From the IMG/VR virus record IMGVR_UViG_3300035698_012408: a stretch of 64,000 nucleotides of DNA; one strand, given 5' to 3'. Shown one piece after another: positions 61,803-64,000 of the stretch (within the stretch, counting starts at the first letter, position 1; every line of letters starts with the position of its first letter). The position numbers and the translations under genes were made by a program. This stretch comes from a virus. A model generated the notes under the pieces. It was not told the DNA's origin. It ran no database searches and worked only from the letters and a program-made list of their open reading frames with translations.

Positions 61803-62489
61803 CTACACTGGGAACAAGTTGGCGGCCAATGCGATATGCCGGGCCAAGTCAGCCTGAAGCCGTGGGTCGGTATCGATGTTGGCATCTTGCGGCAACTCAA
61901 TACCGAGGAACTGAGCCAATCCGTCGAACGGGATGTCATTCCGATTCTCGGATGGGATGGCCGCGTCGTACGGATCACACCACGGAGCGGGCGCGAAGGG
62001 TCTATGATACCACAACCCGACCGGAATAGCCGATGTGGGCAGCCCTTCACCCGCACAATACCGCAGCGCGTCCATAGCCATCACGCGCAACCGGTCACGA
62101 ATACGCAGCCCGAACAGGCGGACCTGCACGTCATGATCCGCCGAGTTGCCGGAATAAAAGCCGCCATCGTCGAGCAGTTCAGCGATCTGTCGCATCGCAT
62201 TCCAAGCGACTTCGCCTTCCGGCGTACCGAACCCGGCAGCCAACGAGAATACCTCGTCGCCAGCCTCATCCAGCACGACACAGCTCGATACCGTGCCGGC
62301 AACCGGGAGGAAGTGCGCTGTCTCTTCGCGCTTAGCTTCCTTCTCCGCCACTTCCTTCTCCACGCTCTCCGGCTTCTTGCTCCGTGTCGCCACACACGGG
62401 GCGAAGAACTGTTCCCAGTTCGTCCGGCGTCCCAGCGTCACTCCCAGGAAGTACCTGGGCGTCTTCTTCAGTTGGTTTATCTGTGTCAT
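61803..62489 (-). CDS. hypothetical protein, possibly DEDD-type exonuclease-like
   Basis: VVLDEAGDE, GNSADHDVQV and ADLARHIALA could be ExoI-III-like motifs. The assignment is weak. Confidence 0.25.
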   Translation of the reverse strand: MTQINQLKKTPRYFLGVTLGRRTNWEQFFAPCVATRSKKPESVEKEVAEKEAKREETAHFLPVAGTVSSCVVLDEAGDEVFSLAAGFGTPEGEVAWNAMRQIAELLDDGGFYSGNSADHDVQVRLFGLRIRDRLRVMAMDALRYCAGEGLPTSAIPVGLWYHRPFAPAPWCDPYDAAIPSENRNDIPFDGLAQFLGIELPQDANIDTDPRLQADLARHIALAANLFPV

Positions 62490-62856
62490 CCTTCTCTACC
62501 TCTTTTTGCATTTGGACAAAAATGTCGATGATGGGGACAACAGTATCCAGCACTTGCAACTGGAGCTCTGCCGGTGTCCCCGGTTCCGCCACCGCCATCT
62601 CCTGAGCACTCATGCCAAGGGTCTGGAGAACAAGCTCGGGACTTTGGATGTCCCAACCCTGCTCCATCTCCTGGGACAGCGCACCCCGGACAAGGAGGAA
62701 TAGCCGCCGCGCGATGATGTCGACCATCACGAGCTTCGGTATGATGGGGCTCTCGGCCATGAGGATTCGGGCATCTTCAGCCGCATCCTCTAACTTCTTC
62801 TTCGAGAGATCCTCAAGATTGGCCCCGACGATCGGGGACGGTGTATTTTCTGACAT
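62332..62856 (-). CDS. hypothetical acidic protein
   Basis: ATG after AAGGA. It overlaps the downstream start by 158 nt. Confidence 0.4.
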   Translation of the reverse strand: MSENTPSPIVGANLEDLSKKKLEDAAEDARILMAESPIIPKLVMVDIIARRLFLLVRGALSQEMEQGWDIQSPELVLQTLGMSAQEMAVAEPGTPAELQLQVLDTVVPIIDIFVQMQKEVEKDDTDKPTEEDAQVLPGSDAGTPDELGTVLRPVCGDTEQEAGERGEGSGGEGS

Positions 62857-62896
62857 GACAATTATCCTTACTAAAATCGTACATGAAAATCAACGA

Positions 62897-63136
62897 TCAG
62901 GCAATACTCAATGCTATCGATGGCCTAATCACGGTATGCGGAAACTTCTTAGCGAACGCCTCACGCGCGGCGACTTCTTTAATCGCCCCAGCTTCGGTCT
63001 TATGGTACGTCCGTAGGAACGAACCACCATACGCCTCCCACTGCTGAATGTCAATATATTCGGGCCACTCATGGCCACTGATCGGGTTTTTGTGCCATTT
63101 CGTCTTATGCGACTGACAATAGCCAATACCGGCCAT
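62897..63136 (-). CDS. small hypothetical protein
   Basis: ATG ORF of 79 aa. Confidence 0.4.
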   Translation of the reverse strand: MAGIGYCQSHKTKWHKNPISGHEWPEYIDIQQWEAYGGSFLRTYHKTEAGAIKEVAAREAFAKKFPHTVIRPSIALSIA

Positions 63137-63137
63137 A

Positions 63138-63815
63138 CTAATCTCCCAGAACTCGTTTCCAGCTTGCGTCGTAGAAATGGAAGCCGTGGGCCTCCGGGTA
63201 CTCGGTCATCAGGGTCTCAATTGACTTACCCTGCAACCGCTCACGCTCTTCGTAGGTCACCGGCGACATTGCCTCGCGTGGCAACATCCGTAAAAACTCA
63301 AAATTACCGCAGACCCATTCATCGTAAATAAGGGTATATGCCATCCAGTCACGCACCACCGGCGTAAATATCATTGGCCCGCCCCGCAGATGGGGCATAC
63401 CATTCGCAGTGCTCTCCCACGTGCTCGCGAGCTTCGCCATCATGGCACCCACCACAGGGTGCTCCGGTACTGATGCGATAAAACTGGTAGCCACGAAATC
63501 CTCTGTCTCGAAAGCCACCACCATCGCGGCGTCACACAGCAGCGACTCAATGTTGCGAACACACAGATGATCCGTATCCAGATACACACCACCATACGTG
63601 GACAGCAACTCGAACCGCATTATATCAGCTTTTTCTGACGGCGTCCTCGCTACGTCGTACAAGCGTTGCAGCCGCAACGGTGGGCGATTATTCTCCGTCC
63701 ACAGCCGCGACTCCCACCCAGGGTGAAGCGACAACGTCATGTCACGCCACTCTTGGAACTGCGCTGGGAAGGGGTCATCACCAAGCCAAATATGGTGAAA
63801 TATTTTCGGAATCAT
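63138..63815 (-). CDS. glycosyltransferase, GT32 / DXD sugar-binding family
   Basis: MIPKIFHHIWLGDDPFP...LHPGWESRLWTE...LLSTYGGVYLDTD is typical of the Gly_transf_sug domain. ATG 63815 lies 1 nt after the upstream stop. Confidence 0.75.
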   Translation of the reverse strand: MIPKIFHHIWLGDDPFPAQFQEWRDMTLSLHPGWESRLWTENNRPPLRLQRLYDVARTPSEKADIMRFELLSTYGGVYLDTDHLCVRNIESLLCDAAMVVAFETEDFVATSFIASVPEHPVVGAMMAKLASTWESTANGMPHLRGGPMIFTPVVRDWMAYTLIYDEWVCGNFEFLRMLPREAMSPVTYEERERLQGKSIETLMTEYPEAHGFHFYDASWKRVLGD

Positions 63816-63816
63816 A

Positions 63817-64000
63817 CTAACCACCTTGTGGTAAGGGTCCGTCGAGCGGATCGCCCAGCTTCGCCGCGTCAATACGGCGACGAGCTGCGACCGCGAACTT
63901 TTCAGATAACTCAAAACCAATATACTGCCGGTCGAGCTTCTTCGCTACCGCCAGCGTCGTACCAGATCCGGCCATCGGGTCCAGCACCACGTCACCGGGA
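63817..64000 (-). CDS. N6/N4 DNA methyltransferase, C-terminal fragment (continues beyond the window end)
   Basis: My own translation reads PGDVVLDPMAGSGTTLAVAKKLDRQYIGFELSEKFAVAARRRI. This is the AdoMet motif DPxxGSGTT of the N6_N4_Mtase family. Stop TAG at 63819..63817. Confidence 0.85.
   Translation of the reverse strand, partial: PGDVVLDPMAGSGTTLAVAKKLDRQYIGFELSEKFAVAARRRIDAAKLGDPLDGPLPQGG

Noticed and set aside
1-64000. Alternative genetic code (stop-codon reassignment), as seen in some huge phages.
   Set aside because: Standard-code ORFs are long and contiguous and end at sensible positions next to SD plus start signals. All three stop codons are used at credible gene ends: TAA (95..93), TGA (6355..6353) and TAG (39350..39348).

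Overview
The window is GC-rich and almost entirely transcribed from the minus strand. About 85 tightly packed, often translationally coupled ORFs (ATGA, GTGA, TAATG, ATGAGTRA overlaps) are punctuated by a few strong minus-strand rho-independent terminators. Only two adjacent genes lie on the plus strand (42110-43563). No rRNA, tRNA, CRISPR array, integrase or transposase was seen.

The content looks like a large tailed phage, prophage or phage-plasmid rather than core chromosome. Supporting genes are a T7-type portal-like protein, thymidylate kinase, a staphylococcal-nuclease-like nuclease, a partial N6/N4 DNA methyltransferase, a cold-shock protein, a 2H phosphoesterase and a TubZ/PhuZ-like tubulin GTPase. 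Capsid and terminase were not recognised.

The outstanding content falls into five groups:
1. A very large glycan-modification arsenal: four tandem sulfotransferase paralogs, about nine glycosyltransferases and two SAM methyltransferases.
2. The tubulin homolog.
3. A set of exported hydrolases and redox proteins: S1 protease, C1 papain-like protease, thioredoxin, HExxH proteins and a Tat-signal protein.
4. A 14-nt motif (GGTTTCTAAGTACC) present at least 6 times, at gene starts or gene boundaries.
5. A phased array of GCTGT-N10-ACAGC inverted repeats inside a coding gene, conserved at nucleotide level across two reading frames.

All family assignments come from motif recognition by eye. No database search was run. 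Most ORFs remain hypothetical.
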